Source of the DNA: Candidatus Iainarchaeum sp.
GTDB lineage: Archaea; Iainarchaeota; Iainarchaeia; Iainarchaeales; JAFCCJ01
Assembly: GCA_043816965.1 (NCBI GenBank)
Contig: JBDRHK010000015.1
Location: 3,548-67,547, forward strand
DNA: 64,000 bases
Reading direction: 5' to 3'
Part shown: one piece after another, positions 18,814-28,809 of the stretch
How positions within the stretch are numbered: the first letter of the stretch is position 1
How the letters are laid out: every line of letters begins with the position of its first letter
Notes under the pieces: generated by a model
Seen by the model: the letters and a program-made list of their open reading frames with translations, nothing else
Databases searched by the model: none
What the model was told of the DNA's origin: nothing
Translations under genes and position numbers: made by a program

Positions 18814-19776
18814 CTACTTCTCAGGCTTCATAAACTGCGCCAGCAGCGCCTCTAATTGAATCCTCTCGTTCGCCCCTTCAACCAACCTAAAATTATACTC
18901 CCCAATTGTATCAATCAGGTCAATTTTCCTCTTGTCATCAATAACCGATTTATCAAGGTTTACAAGTTCGCGGTACATCTGAACAATTATGTCCTCCCCA
19001 CTCAGCCCATACTCGTAGAGCAATTTATCCAGCTTGTCCCTTGCCTCCATGAATTTCTTCCCGAGCGCAAGTTCGATTAATTCCTTAACCTCTTCAGGCC
19101 TTGCGCGTGAGGAAACACTGTAAACAATTTTCTCAGAAATATCCTTGTCAAGTGTTGAAGCTGCCTGCAGTATATTCACGGCCTTCCTCATGTCCCCCTC
19201 TGAAACATAATTGATGGCAACCAATGCATCATTTGCAATTTTAATTCCCTCAATTTTCGCTATCTTTTCCAGTCTTGCATCAACATCTTTAGATGAAAGC
19301 GGCCTGAACCTGAAAATCACGCACCTGGACTGAATAGGGTCAATTATTTTGCTGGAGTAATTCACATTCAGTATAAACCTGCAGGTTTTTGTGTATTTTT
19401 CCATAGTCCTTCTCATGGCCTGCTGGGCCTCAGGAGTTAAAGCATCTGCCTCATCAAGGAAAATAATCTTGAATTTAGTGTTAAATGCAAGGGTCCTTGC
19501 AAAATCCTTGATATTTTTCCTTACAATCCCTATTCCCCTGTCGTCAGAGGCATTCAATTCAAGGAAATTCTGCCCAAAATGCTCGCCAAAAAGTTCATTA
19601 GCAAGCGCAACAGCTGCAGATGTCTTTCCCACCCCTGCAGGGCCTGAAAACATCATGTTCGGGACATTGCTGTTGGAAACATATCTGCTAAGCCTTTTAG
19701 TAATTTCTTCCTGGCCGATTACCTCATCCAAATTCTTTGGCCTGTATTTTTCAACCCAAGGCAGCTCTAAATCCAT
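18814..19776 (-). CDS. rfcS: replication factor C small subunit
   Basis: [24 protein letters not shown]...[10 protein letters not shown]...[11 protein letters not shown]...SRC motif. No intein. Confidence 0.92.
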   Translation of the reverse strand: MDLELPWVEKYRPKNLDEVIGQEEITKRLSRYVSNSNVPNMMFSGPAGVGKTSAAVALANELFGEHFGQNFLELNASDDRGIGIVRKNIKDFARTLAFNTKFKIIFLDEADALTPEAQQAMRRTMEKYTKTCRFILNVNYSSKIIDPIQSRCVIFRFRPLSSKDVDARLEKIAKIEGIKIANDALVAINYVSEGDMRKAVNILQAASTLDKDISEKIVYSVSSRARPEEVKELIELALGKKFMEARDKLDKLLYEYGLSGEDIIVQMYRELVNLDKSVIDDKRKIDLIDTIGEYNFRLVEGANERIQLEALLAQFMKPEK

Positions 19777-19847
19777 CTTCCCACCGAAAAAATCATTCCA
19801 TCAAAACAGTTTTAAAGTAATAGATGTTATATTTTAGTGGTGTTGCA

Positions 19848-20204
19848 ATGGCCGAAATTAATACCGAAAAACCGGAAAAAGGGATTCAGATAGTTTCCCT
19901 TGAAAATGTGCCTGGCTACAGGACAGTGGAGATAAAGGGCCTGGTTTGGGCAAGCAGTGTAAGGGCCAAATTTATTCTCAGTGACATAATTGCGATGGTA
20001 AGGATTTTTCTTGGCGGGGAAATTCACGAGTACAGGGACCTCATGAATGAGACAAGGCACGAAATCCTCCAGAGGCTGAACAAAAGCACAAAAGAACTGG
20101 GGGCAAATGCAGTCCTTAATGTGAGGATGGTTTCCTCACAGATAGTTCCCGGAACAATTGAAATCCTCGCCTATGGAACCGCGGCAATAATTGAAAAAGA
20201 GTGA
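19848..20204 (+). CDS. YbjQ/UPF0145 (DUF74) family protein
   Basis: MAEINTEK...IQIVSLENVPGYRTVEIKGLVWASSVRAK...GANAVLNVRMVSSQI. Typical YbjQ_1 fold sequence. The track ORF starts 24 nt earlier at 19824. Confidence 0.7.
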   Translation: MAEINTEKPEKGIQIVSLENVPGYRTVEIKGLVWASSVRAKFILSDIIAMVRIFLGGEIHEYRDLMNETRHEILQRLNKSTKELGANAVLNVRMVSSQIVPGTIEILAYGTAAIIEKE

Positions 20205-20737
20205 TTTTATTGGAATTTAACCGCCCACTTAAACTGTTAGCGCTTTTTGCAGTAAGTTACATACTGCTCTATTTCCTGCCGGCCTTGACCCAAATGATCG
20301 GAATTTTCCCCATGCATCCCTGGGGAGATTTAAGTGTCGGGCTTGGAAATCTGGATTACATGTTTTTCCTTATCCCAATTCCGGGGTTCTTCCTGATTTA
20401 CCTCCTTATTGGCTGGATGGATGAATACTTCAATACTGAATTTGGCCATTCGCTATGGTTTCCGATAGTGTTTTTCCTGATGGCAGTACTTGCATTCTAT
20501 GTTGCAATCTTCTGGCAGAACTGCAATTTGCTAACTCTTTCCCCGAGTGTAGGCGGGGAGGTGATACCCTTTACCGGTTGCAGTTCTGAAGCTGCCGGAA
20601 AGCTGCTCCCTGCACTGACTGCGCAATTTGCCGAAAACCTTAAGGAATCAGCATTCCTCATATTTGTCCTTGCCGGAATTCTTGGCTGGGCGTCAAAAAT
20701 GGTACTTGAGAAAATTGAGGAAGAGCCAGAGGATTAA
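20201..20737 (+). CDS. hypothetical membrane protein
   Basis: 4-5 TM helices. No family recognised. Confidence 0.35.
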   Translation: MILLEFNRPLKLLALFAVSYILLYFLPALTQMIGIFPMHPWGDLSVGLGNLDYMFFLIPIPGFFLIYLLIGWMDEYFNTEFGHSLWFPIVFFLMAVLAFYVAIFWQNCNLLTLSPSVGGEVIPFTGCSSEAAGKLLPALTAQFAENLKESAFLIFVLAGILGWASKMVLEKIEEEPED

Positions 20738-20775
20738 TTTATAACCCTCATGCAGCCAGATTTTTTGGGTAAAAT

Positions 20776-22020
20776 ATGAAATTCCATGTAGAGGGCTATG
20801 GCTGCTCACTTAACAGGTCTGATACCGAAAAGATACGCCATTTCCTGTCCAAGCACAACTGCACAATTTACCCACTTGATAAGGCTGAAACAATAATAAT
20901 CAACACCTGTGCGGTGAAGGAACCTACCGAATTCAAGATGCTGAACCGCATAAGGGAACTGAAGAAAATAAGCGATTCAAATAATGCCGAACTTATTGTG
21001 TTTGGCTGCCTTGCAGGAATGAATGCCGCAAAGGTGATGGAAATATCGAAGGATATTATCCTAATTCCCCCAAGCCTGGAAGAGCTCGCCAGGCATTTAG
21101 GCATTGAAGAAACTGAATTCTCGCCTGCAATTGAAAGCATAAGGGAGAATGAATTTGTTGCAATAATCCCCATCTCAAGAGGCTGCAGAAACAACTGCAG
21201 CTACTGCGGCGTAAAACAGGTCAGGGGAGAACTAAAAAGTTACGGGATAAAAGAACTTAAGGAGAATTTCACAAAGGAAATTGCAAGGCCTTGCGAGGTC
21301 TGGCTTACCGCGCAGGACACCGCAGACTATGGCTTTGATTTGGGAAATTCCCTTCCTGAATTGCTGGGGCAATTGCTGGAGATTGAGGGAAACTATATGA
21401 TAAGGATTGGGATGATGAATCCCAAAAATTTGATGCGGATTAAGGACGAGCTGATTCCGCTGATGCAGGATGAAAGGGTTTACAAATTCCTCCATATTCC
21501 TGTGCAGTCAGGCTCTGACAGGATTCTGAAAGCAATGAAAAGGAATTACATTGCCGCAGAATTCCTTTCCCTGGCAAAAGAACTCAAGGAAAAAATCCCC
21601 GGGCTGAATATTTCGACAGATGTAATCGTTGGCTTTCCCGGGGAAAGCAAAGATGATTTCAAAAAATCCGTCGAATTGCTGAAAGAGTTAAAGCCAGGGG
21701 TTGTCAACATTTCCCGATATGGGGACAGGCCAAATACTGCTGCGGAAAAGATGGATGGAAAGATACATGGAAGGGATAAGAAGGCAAGGAGCAGGGAACT
21801 TTCCTCCCTTTGCAGGGAGATTTTTCTTGGCGAAAATAAGGCGATGGAGGGAAAAACCCTTAAAATTTTTGTTTCAGAGAAGGGCCCAAAGGGCGGTTTT
21901 GTGGGCAGAAACCTTTCCTACAAGCCGGTTGTAATAGGGAAGGATTTGATGGGTAAAATGGCAAAAGTGAAGATTTTAAGGGCCCATCCATTTTATCTGG
22001 AAGCAATGGCTGAGCTATAA
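20776..22020 (+). CDS. radical-SAM methylthiotransferase, MiaB/MtaB (CDKAL1-like) family
   Basis: N-terminal MTTase domain (MKFHVEGYGCSLN), radical SAM CxxxCxxC (CRNNCSYC), C-terminal TRAM-like domain. Confidence 0.85.
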   Translation: MKFHVEGYGCSLNRSDTEKIRHFLSKHNCTIYPLDKAETIIINTCAVKEPTEFKMLNRIRELKKISDSNNAELIVFGCLAGMNAAKVMEISKDIILIPPSLEELARHLGIEETEFSPAIESIRENEFVAIIPISRGCRNNCSYCGVKQVRGELKSYGIKELKENFTKEIARPCEVWLTAQDTADYGFDLGNSLPELLGQLLEIEGNYMIRIGMMNPKNLMRIKDELIPLMQDERVYKFLHIPVQSGSDRILKAMKRNYIAAEFLSLAKELKEKIPGLNISTDVIVGFPGESKDDFKKSVELLKELKPGVVNISRYGDRPNTAAEKMDGKIHGRDKKARSRELSSLCREIFLGENKAMEGKTLKIFVSEKGPKGGFVGRNLSYKPVVIGKDLMGKMAKVKILRAHPFYLEAMAEL

Positions 22021-22055
22021 ATATTTAATCACTTCCCAATTCAATAATTCAGTGG

Positions 22056-22829
22056 TTGGGAATGGTTTTTAGGGAATCTTTGAAGCAATATGTGCAGAAC
22101 TACAAGACTGCTTTGGGCTTTGCCCTCCTGCTTGTTTTTGTGCTTTTCTTTGTCCTATCCCAGAATTTCTTTGTTTCATCAGGGTCAATCTTCGCCGATT
22201 TCAACATTATCAAGAGCGGAGCAATCGATGCAGTGCTTGCCCTGCTTGCCATTGCGGTCTTTGAGTTTTTCTATGCGATACTTATTACCCTTGTTGTTTT
22301 TGCGGTCAGGAATAACATGAGCAAAGTGAGGGTACAGTATTATCTTTCTGAGAAAATACAGAAATTCTCCTTCAAACTGTTTATTTTCTTCTTTGCATTT
22401 ACCCTTGCGGCCCTTGCCCTCCAGTCATTTCTCCCCCTAGTGGGAATACCCATCGCGGCCGTTAATCTGCTTTTACTTATTGCATCACTTCTATTAATCT
22501 TCTTCCCTCAGGCAGTGGTCATTGACGAATCAGGAATAAGAAGCTCAATAATTGCAAGTGCGGAATTTCTCATGTCCCACCTTAAGGAATCTGCCCAAAT
22601 AATTATTGCCGGGGCGCTAATGCTCATTGCATTGGGGATTTTTGAGTTTGCCCTTGACCAGTTTTTTTTTGCGGGAAATTTCATCACACCCCTGATTTCA
22701 CTGGTGTTCATAATCCCCTTCCTGGAAATAGTAAAATCGGTTATTTACCTGCACAAATTTGAGTTGGTTAAATCCGTTAACAGGGAAATAAAACCAAAAG
22801 CGGCACCGGCATCAGTCAATGCCAACTAG
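22056..22829 (+). CDS. hypothetical polytopic membrane protein
   Basis: 6-7 TM helices. No family recognised. Confidence 0.35.
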   Translation: MGMVFRESLKQYVQNYKTALGFALLLVFVLFFVLSQNFFVSSGSIFADFNIIKSGAIDAVLALLAIAVFEFFYAILITLVVFAVRNNMSKVRVQYYLSEKIQKFSFKLFIFFFAFTLAALALQSFLPLVGIPIAAVNLLLLIASLLLIFFPQAVVIDESGIRSSIIASAEFLMSHLKESAQIIIAGALMLIALGIFEFALDQFFFAGNFITPLISLVFIIPFLEIVKSVIYLHKFELVKSVNREIKPKAAPASVNAN

Positions 22830-24413
22830 GTCTGTTCCACTGTCGATAATTTTTCCGGCATCTTTCAAATTTCCGGCCCTGGCCAGGCTGAAACATCCCC
22901 CACAATCTCCACAGCCCCATCTCTCTGATTCCATCCCGGTTTTTTTAAGGGCTTCCCCGTTAACTTTCCCAAATCTTCTAATGCCCCCAACATCGCCGAA
23001 CATGTTGGTATGCATGCCGTTTTTAGAATGCACTAAATCAACAAGCTTCTGGCGCAGTTCCCTGCAGGATGTTTTCTTTTCCGAAAACTTTTTCAGCGCA
23101 AATTCCATGCCATAAAACCCAACAAATGAAACAAGCTCCTTTGCTTCAATTCCTGCTGAAGGAAGGTAATCCCTCCTGGCGAGATTTTCCTCCTTAATCT
23201 TAACAAGCCCGCCAATTCCCTCAATCACTTTGGCGGCATTTTGCAGGAATTCCGGTTTATCCTGTGAATTTTCCGCAATCTTAATCAGATTGACCCCACA
23301 ATTAAGCAGCACCCCTGAAGCATTCTCCAGAACAAAGCCATTGCAGTTTCTTGTCCGGTCCTTTTTCGCATTCAGAAGGCTTACTCCTGATAATTTGATG
23401 TCCCCATCAATCAGCTTGGTTTTGAATTTACTGTCGACAGAAAGGCATGCCTGGAGAAATGGATTTTTATTCGCACGCAAAAATTCATTTGCAAAGAAAA
23501 ACGCATCCTCTCTTGAGGAATTAAAGTCCAGGAGATGGTCGGGAATAAATAGGCCAAGATTGATGGTTGCGGGGGAATTTCCCGAATAGGAGGAGTCCAG
23601 CAATTTGGAGAAAAGCCTGACAATCCTTTCCTTATTTTTCCTGCTTTTTCCGGAAAGGAATTTTGATAAATATATATTTGGGGATGCGATAGACGGCGCG
23701 AATGAAAGCACCGGTTCAAGCTTATTGATTTTCGCATTCAGCCCTATAAGCATTTCCTCAAAGCCATCCTCATTTTCAGGCTCAATGCAATATGCCAAAG
23801 GCCTTGTTGAAAAATCAGCCACATTTGAGATATGGATTACTGACTCAAAGTGCAGGGCCCTCATATCTTCAGGAATCACCTCAAGAAAATTGTACTCCCT
23901 CAGTATTTCCCTCTCGTTTGTGAGCTTGCCAATCCTGTTTTTCACATCATGCACTGGCAGGCCAAGGCGGGTATACTGCCTGTGCGCAATCTCATGCCCA
24001 TACTCCAGAAGCTTAACATCAGCCATCTCCCTTATGAGTGAGGTGGTAATAAAGCCAATGCTTAGGTCCTTTATTTTGTCCTCAACCTCAGAACTTATTT
24101 TCTCAGCAACAGTTCTTGAAAGGCTTGTTTCCCGAAGAAGGGATTTGGTTATGTTTCCCCTGTCAAATGCCTCCTTACTCTCCCCTGAAGTGTAAACCTG
24201 GAGCCGTTCAAAAGAGCTATAGACCTTTGCAGCTTCAGGATTCAGTTCCCACAATATCTCGAGAGCCAGTTTCCTGAGTTCTTTCTCCCCGCCCCCAATG
24301 CCTGAAATCTCCTTGATAACCTTCATTGCCTCGAATTTAGTTGCACCAGCCTCCCGGCATTCATTGGCAATCTTACCTATAGTTTCCTTTACTGGCTTTG
24401 ATTTTACTTTCAT
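22812..24413 (-). CDS. ATP-cone domain protein, class III (NrdD-like) ribonucleotide reductase-like
   Basis: N-terminal ATP-cone (ITKSLLRETSLSRTVAEKISSEVEDKI...ITTSLIREMADVKLLEYG), then ...VIHISNVAD..., NCNGFVLE. C-terminal Cys cluster WGCGDCGGC but no RxxGY glycyl-radical motif visible. Confidence 0.45.
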   Translation of the reverse strand: MKVKSKPVKETIGKIANECREAGATKFEAMKVIKEISGIGGGEKELRKLALEILWELNPEAAKVYSSFERLQVYTSGESKEAFDRGNITKSLLRETSLSRTVAEKISSEVEDKIKDLSIGFITTSLIREMADVKLLEYGHEIAHRQYTRLGLPVHDVKNRIGKLTNEREILREYNFLEVIPEDMRALHFESVIHISNVADFSTRPLAYCIEPENEDGFEEMLIGLNAKINKLEPVLSFAPSIASPNIYLSKFLSGKSRKNKERIVRLFSKLLDSSYSGNSPATINLGLFIPDHLLDFNSSREDAFFFANEFLRANKNPFLQACLSVDSKFKTKLIDGDIKLSGVSLLNAKKDRTRNCNGFVLENASGVLLNCGVNLIKIAENSQDKPEFLQNAAKVIEGIGGLVKIKEENLARRDYLPSAGIEAKELVSFVGFYGMEFALKKFSEKKTSCRELRQKLVDLVHSKNGMHTNMFGDVGGIRRFGKVNGEALKKTGMESERWGCGDCGGCFSLARAGNLKDAGKIIDSGTDLVGID

Positions 24414-24427
24414 TTATTTAACTGTAT

Positions 24428-24997
24428 TTGCAACAATTCTTAACTATTGCCAGGCAAAAGTGGATTTTCTTTGAAAAGCAAACTTTTTATTTGTTTTCGC
24501 TTAGAATTACTAATGGTGCTAATTTGGAAATAACCCTTGATAAGACCGACCATAAGATTATTCAGTGCCTTCTTGAGGATGGGCGCATGAGTTTCAGCAG
24601 CATAGCAAAAGACGTCCAGCTTACCGATGTTGCAATAAAGAAAAGGGTTGAAAGGCTTAAGAGAAAGGGCGTGATAAATTCAATAACTGCCGATTTGAAC
24701 CTCAAGGTTTTGGGCTATGAAAATCCGATTTTTGTGCAAATCCGCTCCGAAATGGGCAAGACAAAAAATTTGGTTAAGAGGCTTTCTGATTTTGATTATG
24801 TGATAGAACTCTACCAAATTCTGGGCGAGTATAATCTCCTTGCGAAGTTAGTGCTTCCGGACATTGATTCTGCCGAGAAATTCATTAACCAGCTTGGGGT
24901 TTTGGATGGGATTCTTGACATAAAAACCCAGATGATTCTTAGCGAACTGAAGAAAAGCAATTCTCTCCCCATATTCTCCTTCCAGAAAAAACTTTGA
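24428..24997 (+). CDS. Lrp/AsnC-family transcriptional regulator
   Basis: HTH (DKTDHKIIQCLLEDGRMSFSSIAKDVQLTDVAIKKRVERLKRKGVI) plus AsnC-type C-terminal domain. Probable TTG start near 24524. Confidence 0.7.
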   Translation: MQQFLTIARQKWIFFEKQTFYLFSLRITNGANLEITLDKTDHKIIQCLLEDGRMSFSSIAKDVQLTDVAIKKRVERLKRKGVINSITADLNLKVLGYENPIFVQIRSEMGKTKNLVKRLSDFDYVIELYQILGEYNLLAKLVLPDIDSAEKFINQLGVLDGILDIKTQMILSELKKSNSLPIFSFQKKL

Positions 24998-25092
24998 TTT
25001 CAATTACGCTTATGGCGCCCTGTATTTTTATGCTTTTTGATGTAAGAAAATCTAATGTTGATTTGTTGATGGGTTTTTGTTGGTGAGCTGAC

Positions 25093-27234
25093 TTGAGAAT
25101 AATAATCGCAGAAAAGGCAATAGCAGGAAGGAGAATTGCGTCAATTCTGGCGGGAAAAGATGTCCCATCCACCATGCTGGGCAATGCACAGGTTTTCAGT
25201 TTTGGGTCTGGTGAGGGCAAAAATATGGTAATTCCCCTGCGCGGCCATATATCTGATGTTGAATTCCCAAAGCAGTACAGCTACTGGTTAGGCACTGATT
25301 TGAAAAAACTGGTTGATGCAGATATAGAGTACATTGGCAAGGAAGTGGCAATAATTTCGGCGCTCAAAGCGGCGGCCAAGGATGCAGACAGTGTTGTAAT
25401 CGCTACTGATGCCGATAGGGAAGGGGAAGCTATTGGTGTTGAGGCACTGAATTATATGAAAGAGACAAATCCGAAAATCAAGGTTGAGAGGGCATATTTT
25501 TCTGCAATAACCCCTAAAGACATTGAAGTTGCGTTTTCCAAATTTTCAAAGGTTGATTATAATTATGCAGATTCCGCAGATTCAAGGAGGGAAATTGACC
25601 TCATCTGGGGTGCTGTTCTAACAAGGTTCCTTTCGCTCATTTCAGGGAGGTTAGGGAAAGAATTCCTTTCGGCAGGAAGGGTTCAGACACCGACACTTGC
25701 AATAATAGTTGACAGGGAGAATGAAAGAAGGGCATTCAAATCAAAAAAATACTGGGATCTGAATGCGGAGTTTGAAAAGGATTCCAAAAAATTCGAGGCC
25801 CAGCATAAGGAAGGGAAGTTTTGGGATAAGGAAAAGGCTGAAAAGGCATTTGAGAAAGGCGGGAAGAAAGGAAAGGTCATAAATGCCATAAAGAAGAAAA
25901 GGATACTGCAAAGGCCAATCCCCTTTAACACAACAGGCTTTCTTCGTGCGGCAACGGCTATCGGCTACACCGCAGGAGAGGCAATGAGTATAGCGGAATC
26001 CCTGTACCAGTCAGGCTATACCTCATATCCAAGAACAGACAACAGCGTCTATTCCCCCACGCTAGACCTGAGAGAAATACTCAATGAACTTTCCAAAATT
26101 CCTGAATTTTCACTGATGACTGGGAAACTCCTCGCAATGCCAAAGTTTGACCCATCAAAAGGAAAGGAATCCAAGGATCATCCACCCATACACCCGGTTA
26201 CCGCCGCACCAAAAGCAAAGATCAGTGAAAAGCAGTGGAAAATCTATGAGCTCATATGCAGGAGGTTTTTCGCTACCTTATGGGAGGAGGCTATAACAAA
26301 CAATGTTACTGTTGAAATTGACCTGAATTCAGAGATTTACCTTGCCCATGGCCAGGTGCTGGAGAAAGCCGGCTGGAAAGAATTTTATCCCTACTCCACC
26401 TTGAAAGAGGTTCATCTCCCTGAGATGGAGAAGGGCGATGAAGTTGACCTTGTAAAACTTTCAATGGATGGGAAGGAAACCCAGCCGCCAAACCGCTACA
26501 GCCAGGCAACGCTCATAAAGTTGATGGAGGATAATGGCTTGGGGACTAAATCAACGCGGCATACAATAATCCAGAAGCTTTTTGTGAGGCATTACATCTC
26601 CGGCCTTAAGGCAATTGAGCCAAATGAAATTGCCTTCTCAGTGATAGGGGCGCTGGAGAAGTATTCTGAGGATCTTGCAAAACCAGAGATGACAGCCAAA
26701 CTCGAAAAGGAAATGGATGAAATTTCTGCCGGAAAGAAAACCAGAAAAGAAGTTGTTACAGATTCAAGGGAAATGCTGAAAAGGATGCTCCTTGAGCTCC
26801 TGGAAAATAAGGACAAAATAGGGGCTGATTTAAGGAAGGCCCTTCAGGCAGATTCAATTCTGGCTAAGTGTGATGTGTGTGAAGGGGATTTGAGAAAGAT
26901 AAAGAGCAGAAACAACAAGTGGTTTTTGGGCTGTACCAATTACCCAAAATGCACAAACACATATCCCCTTCCCCAAAAAGGAAGAATCATTACTGCGACT
27001 GAACTCTGCAAGACCTGCGGCAAAGGGGCAATAAAGGTTTTTGGAAAACGCTATCGCTATGAAATGTGCATTGACCCAAATTGCGCAAGCAAAAAGGACT
27101 GGGCAAAAAAGAAGGAAGAGAAGGAACAAAAAGAGAAAGAAAAGAAAGATGCAGAGGAAAGTGCCGCAAAGGAAACCAAGAAATCAGCTGCAAAAGAAAA
27201 GAAGCCCAAGAAAGCTGCAGCGAAGAAAGATTAA
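25093..27234 (+). CDS. topA: DNA topoisomerase IA (Topo I/III-like) with C-terminal zinc ribbons and lysine-rich tail
   Basis: Toprim (MRIIIAEKAIAGRRIA...ATDADREGEAI), catalytic region ...SGYTSYPRTDN..., two C4 zinc ribbons (CDVCEGDL...CTNYPKC, CKTCGKG...CIDPNC), KA-rich tail. Confidence 0.9.
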   Translation: MRIIIAEKAIAGRRIASILAGKDVPSTMLGNAQVFSFGSGEGKNMVIPLRGHISDVEFPKQYSYWLGTDLKKLVDADIEYIGKEVAIISALKAAAKDADSVVIATDADREGEAIGVEALNYMKETNPKIKVERAYFSAITPKDIEVAFSKFSKVDYNYADSADSRREIDLIWGAVLTRFLSLISGRLGKEFLSAGRVQTPTLAIIVDRENERRAFKSKKYWDLNAEFEKDSKKFEAQHKEGKFWDKEKAEKAFEKGGKKGKVINAIKKKRILQRPIPFNTTGFLRAATAIGYTAGEAMSIAESLYQSGYTSYPRTDNSVYSPTLDLREILNELSKIPEFSLMTGKLLAMPKFDPSKGKESKDHPPIHPVTAAPKAKISEKQWKIYELICRRFFATLWEEAITNNVTVEIDLNSEIYLAHGQVLEKAGWKEFYPYSTLKEVHLPEMEKGDEVDLVKLSMDGKETQPPNRYSQATLIKLMEDNGLGTKSTRHTIIQKLFVRHYISGLKAIEPNEIAFSVIGALEKYSEDLAKPEMTAKLEKEMDEISAGKKTRKEVVTDSREMLKRMLLELLENKDKIGADLRKALQADSILAKCDVCEGDLRKIKSRNNKWFLGCTNYPKCTNTYPLPQKGRIITATELCKTCGKGAIKVFGKRYRYEMCIDPNCASKKDWAKKKEEKEQKEKEKKDAEESAAKETKKSAAKEKKPKKAAAKKD

Positions 27235-27240
27235 AAGTTA

Positions 27241-27330
27241 GGGAACGGGGTTCAAAATAAACCAATTAGCTTGGTGAGCCTAACCCCGTCCCTTGGTTTT
27301 TATTTTTTTGATTTTTTTTACTTTTTAGGA
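27241..27330 (+). terminator. hairpin plus oligo-T terminator downstream of topA
   Basis: gggaacggggtt...aaccccgtccc inverted repeat (27241-27252 / 27282-27292) followed by ttggtttttatttttttgattttttttacttttt. Confidence 0.45.
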
Positions 27331-27400
27331 TTGGATCCCCCCAATTTCTTGTACGATATAATTACTGCTTATCCACCTTAAAAGTATTTAGTAGTTTTAG

Positions 27401-28006
27401 TTGTACAAAAAAGTACATTTAATTGCCTTTCGTTATACAATATGTTATAATTTACAGGTGGTAATTATAGCATCCAATAAACAAATAGATGACGAGATAA
27501 GGCTGAATATCCTTAATGCCCTGCTAGGGAAGGGGACAGTGCAGCCAAACATAAGGCGGCTGCAAAAAATCACCGGCTACCACAAAGCAACGATAAAGGC
27601 AAGCCTTGATTTTCTGGAAAAAGAAGGGGTTCTTGAAGGCTATGGCCCAAAGGTTGGCTTTAAAAAATTCGGCTACAACCTTGAGGCAAAGGTAATGCTG
27701 CAGATTGACAGTTCAGAAAAGGACATATTCAAAAAATTCCTGAAGCAGGCAGAGGGTGATCCCCACCTCTACAGGATGACGGCAATAATTGGGTCAGGCA
27801 ACCTGAACATTATGACCAACCACATCTATCCTGATGTGGAATCCTACCACAAAAATGTTCAGGAAAGATATTATGAGTCCATTCCTGGAATTTACAAGCT
27901 GATAAAGGATCGGCAAATATTTTATGCCACCGAACCTTATTACAAAAACGTTTCAAGGACAAGTTCAGTGATAGAGCTTATAAGGAAGGAAAAGGGATTC
28001 ACGTGA
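27401..28006 (+). CDS. putative transcriptional regulator, divergent Lrp/AsnC-like (wHTH + RAM-like C-terminus)
   Basis: RLNILNALLGKGTVQPNIRRLQKITGYHKATIKASLDFLEKEGVLEGY winged-helix-like. The start may be a downstream GTG. Confidence 0.4.
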   Translation: MYKKVHLIAFRYTICYNLQVVIIASNKQIDDEIRLNILNALLGKGTVQPNIRRLQKITGYHKATIKASLDFLEKEGVLEGYGPKVGFKKFGYNLEAKVMLQIDSSEKDIFKKFLKQAEGDPHLYRMTAIIGSGNLNIMTNHIYPDVESYHKNVQERYYESIPGIYKLIKDRQIFYATEPYYKNVSRTSSVIELIRKEKGFT

Positions 28007-28809
28007 AGGTAATAATAAACCTGAAAAAATCCCTGCAGGAGAATGCCAGCCTCTATTTTGATGCCGGGAAGAAATCCAAAAGAAAGCTAATTGGTTTGGA
28101 AAAGGCCCTGCTTAGTTCTGAGAAAAGGAAAAGTGAGCTGGAAGAGAAGGCAGCAAGGCTTGGGGATGCAAAGGCAATAATGAAAAGGAAGAAGAATTGG
28201 TTTGAAAAATTCCACTGGTGCAATTCAAGCGATGGTTTCCTCATCATTGGGGGGAGGGATGCAAAGAGCAATGAGATTGTGGTAAAGAGGCATATGGAAA
28301 AAGATGACCTTTACTTCCATGCGGAAATCCAGGGAGCCCCTCATGTAATAGTTAAGGCAGATGGGAAAAAGGTAAGTGAGGCGACAAAAAAAGAGGCCGC
28401 AGAATTTGCCGCCGCCTTCTCAAAGGCATGGAGGGAAAAAATACCCGCAATTGATGTTTATTCTGTTTCCCCGGAACAGGTCAGCAAAAACGCCCCAAGC
28501 GGCGAGGCATTGGGCACAGGGGCATTCATGATTTATGGGGAAAGGGAGTATTTCAAGAAAACAGCGCTTGCCTTTGCAACTGGCCTAATTGAGGAAGAAG
28601 GTTCATTTATCGTAATTTCCGGGCCTGAATCTGCGGTGAAAAAGCAGACAAAACACTTTCTAAGGCTTAAACAAGGCCCTTTGGAGAAAGGGGCTGCGGC
28701 AAAGAAAATTAAGCAGATTCTTGAGAGGAAGATTGGAGGGAAAAATCCGGTTGATTTGGATGAGATTAATTCCATGCTCCCGAATGGCGGAATTGAAATC
28801 AGGGAATAG
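28003..28809 (+). CDS. NFACT-R (DUF814) domain protein, RqcH/Tae2 C-terminal-like
   Basis: [49 protein letters not shown] matches the DUF814/NFACT-R signature. Confidence 0.6.
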   Translation: MKVIINLKKSLQENASLYFDAGKKSKRKLIGLEKALLSSEKRKSELEEKAARLGDAKAIMKRKKNWFEKFHWCNSSDGFLIIGGRDAKSNEIVVKRHMEKDDLYFHAEIQGAPHVIVKADGKKVSEATKKEAAEFAAAFSKAWREKIPAIDVYSVSPEQVSKNAPSGEALGTGAFMIYGEREYFKKTALAFATGLIEEEGSFIVISGPESAVKKQTKHFLRLKQGPLEKGAAAKKIKQILERKIGGKNPVDLDEINSMLPNGGIEIRE

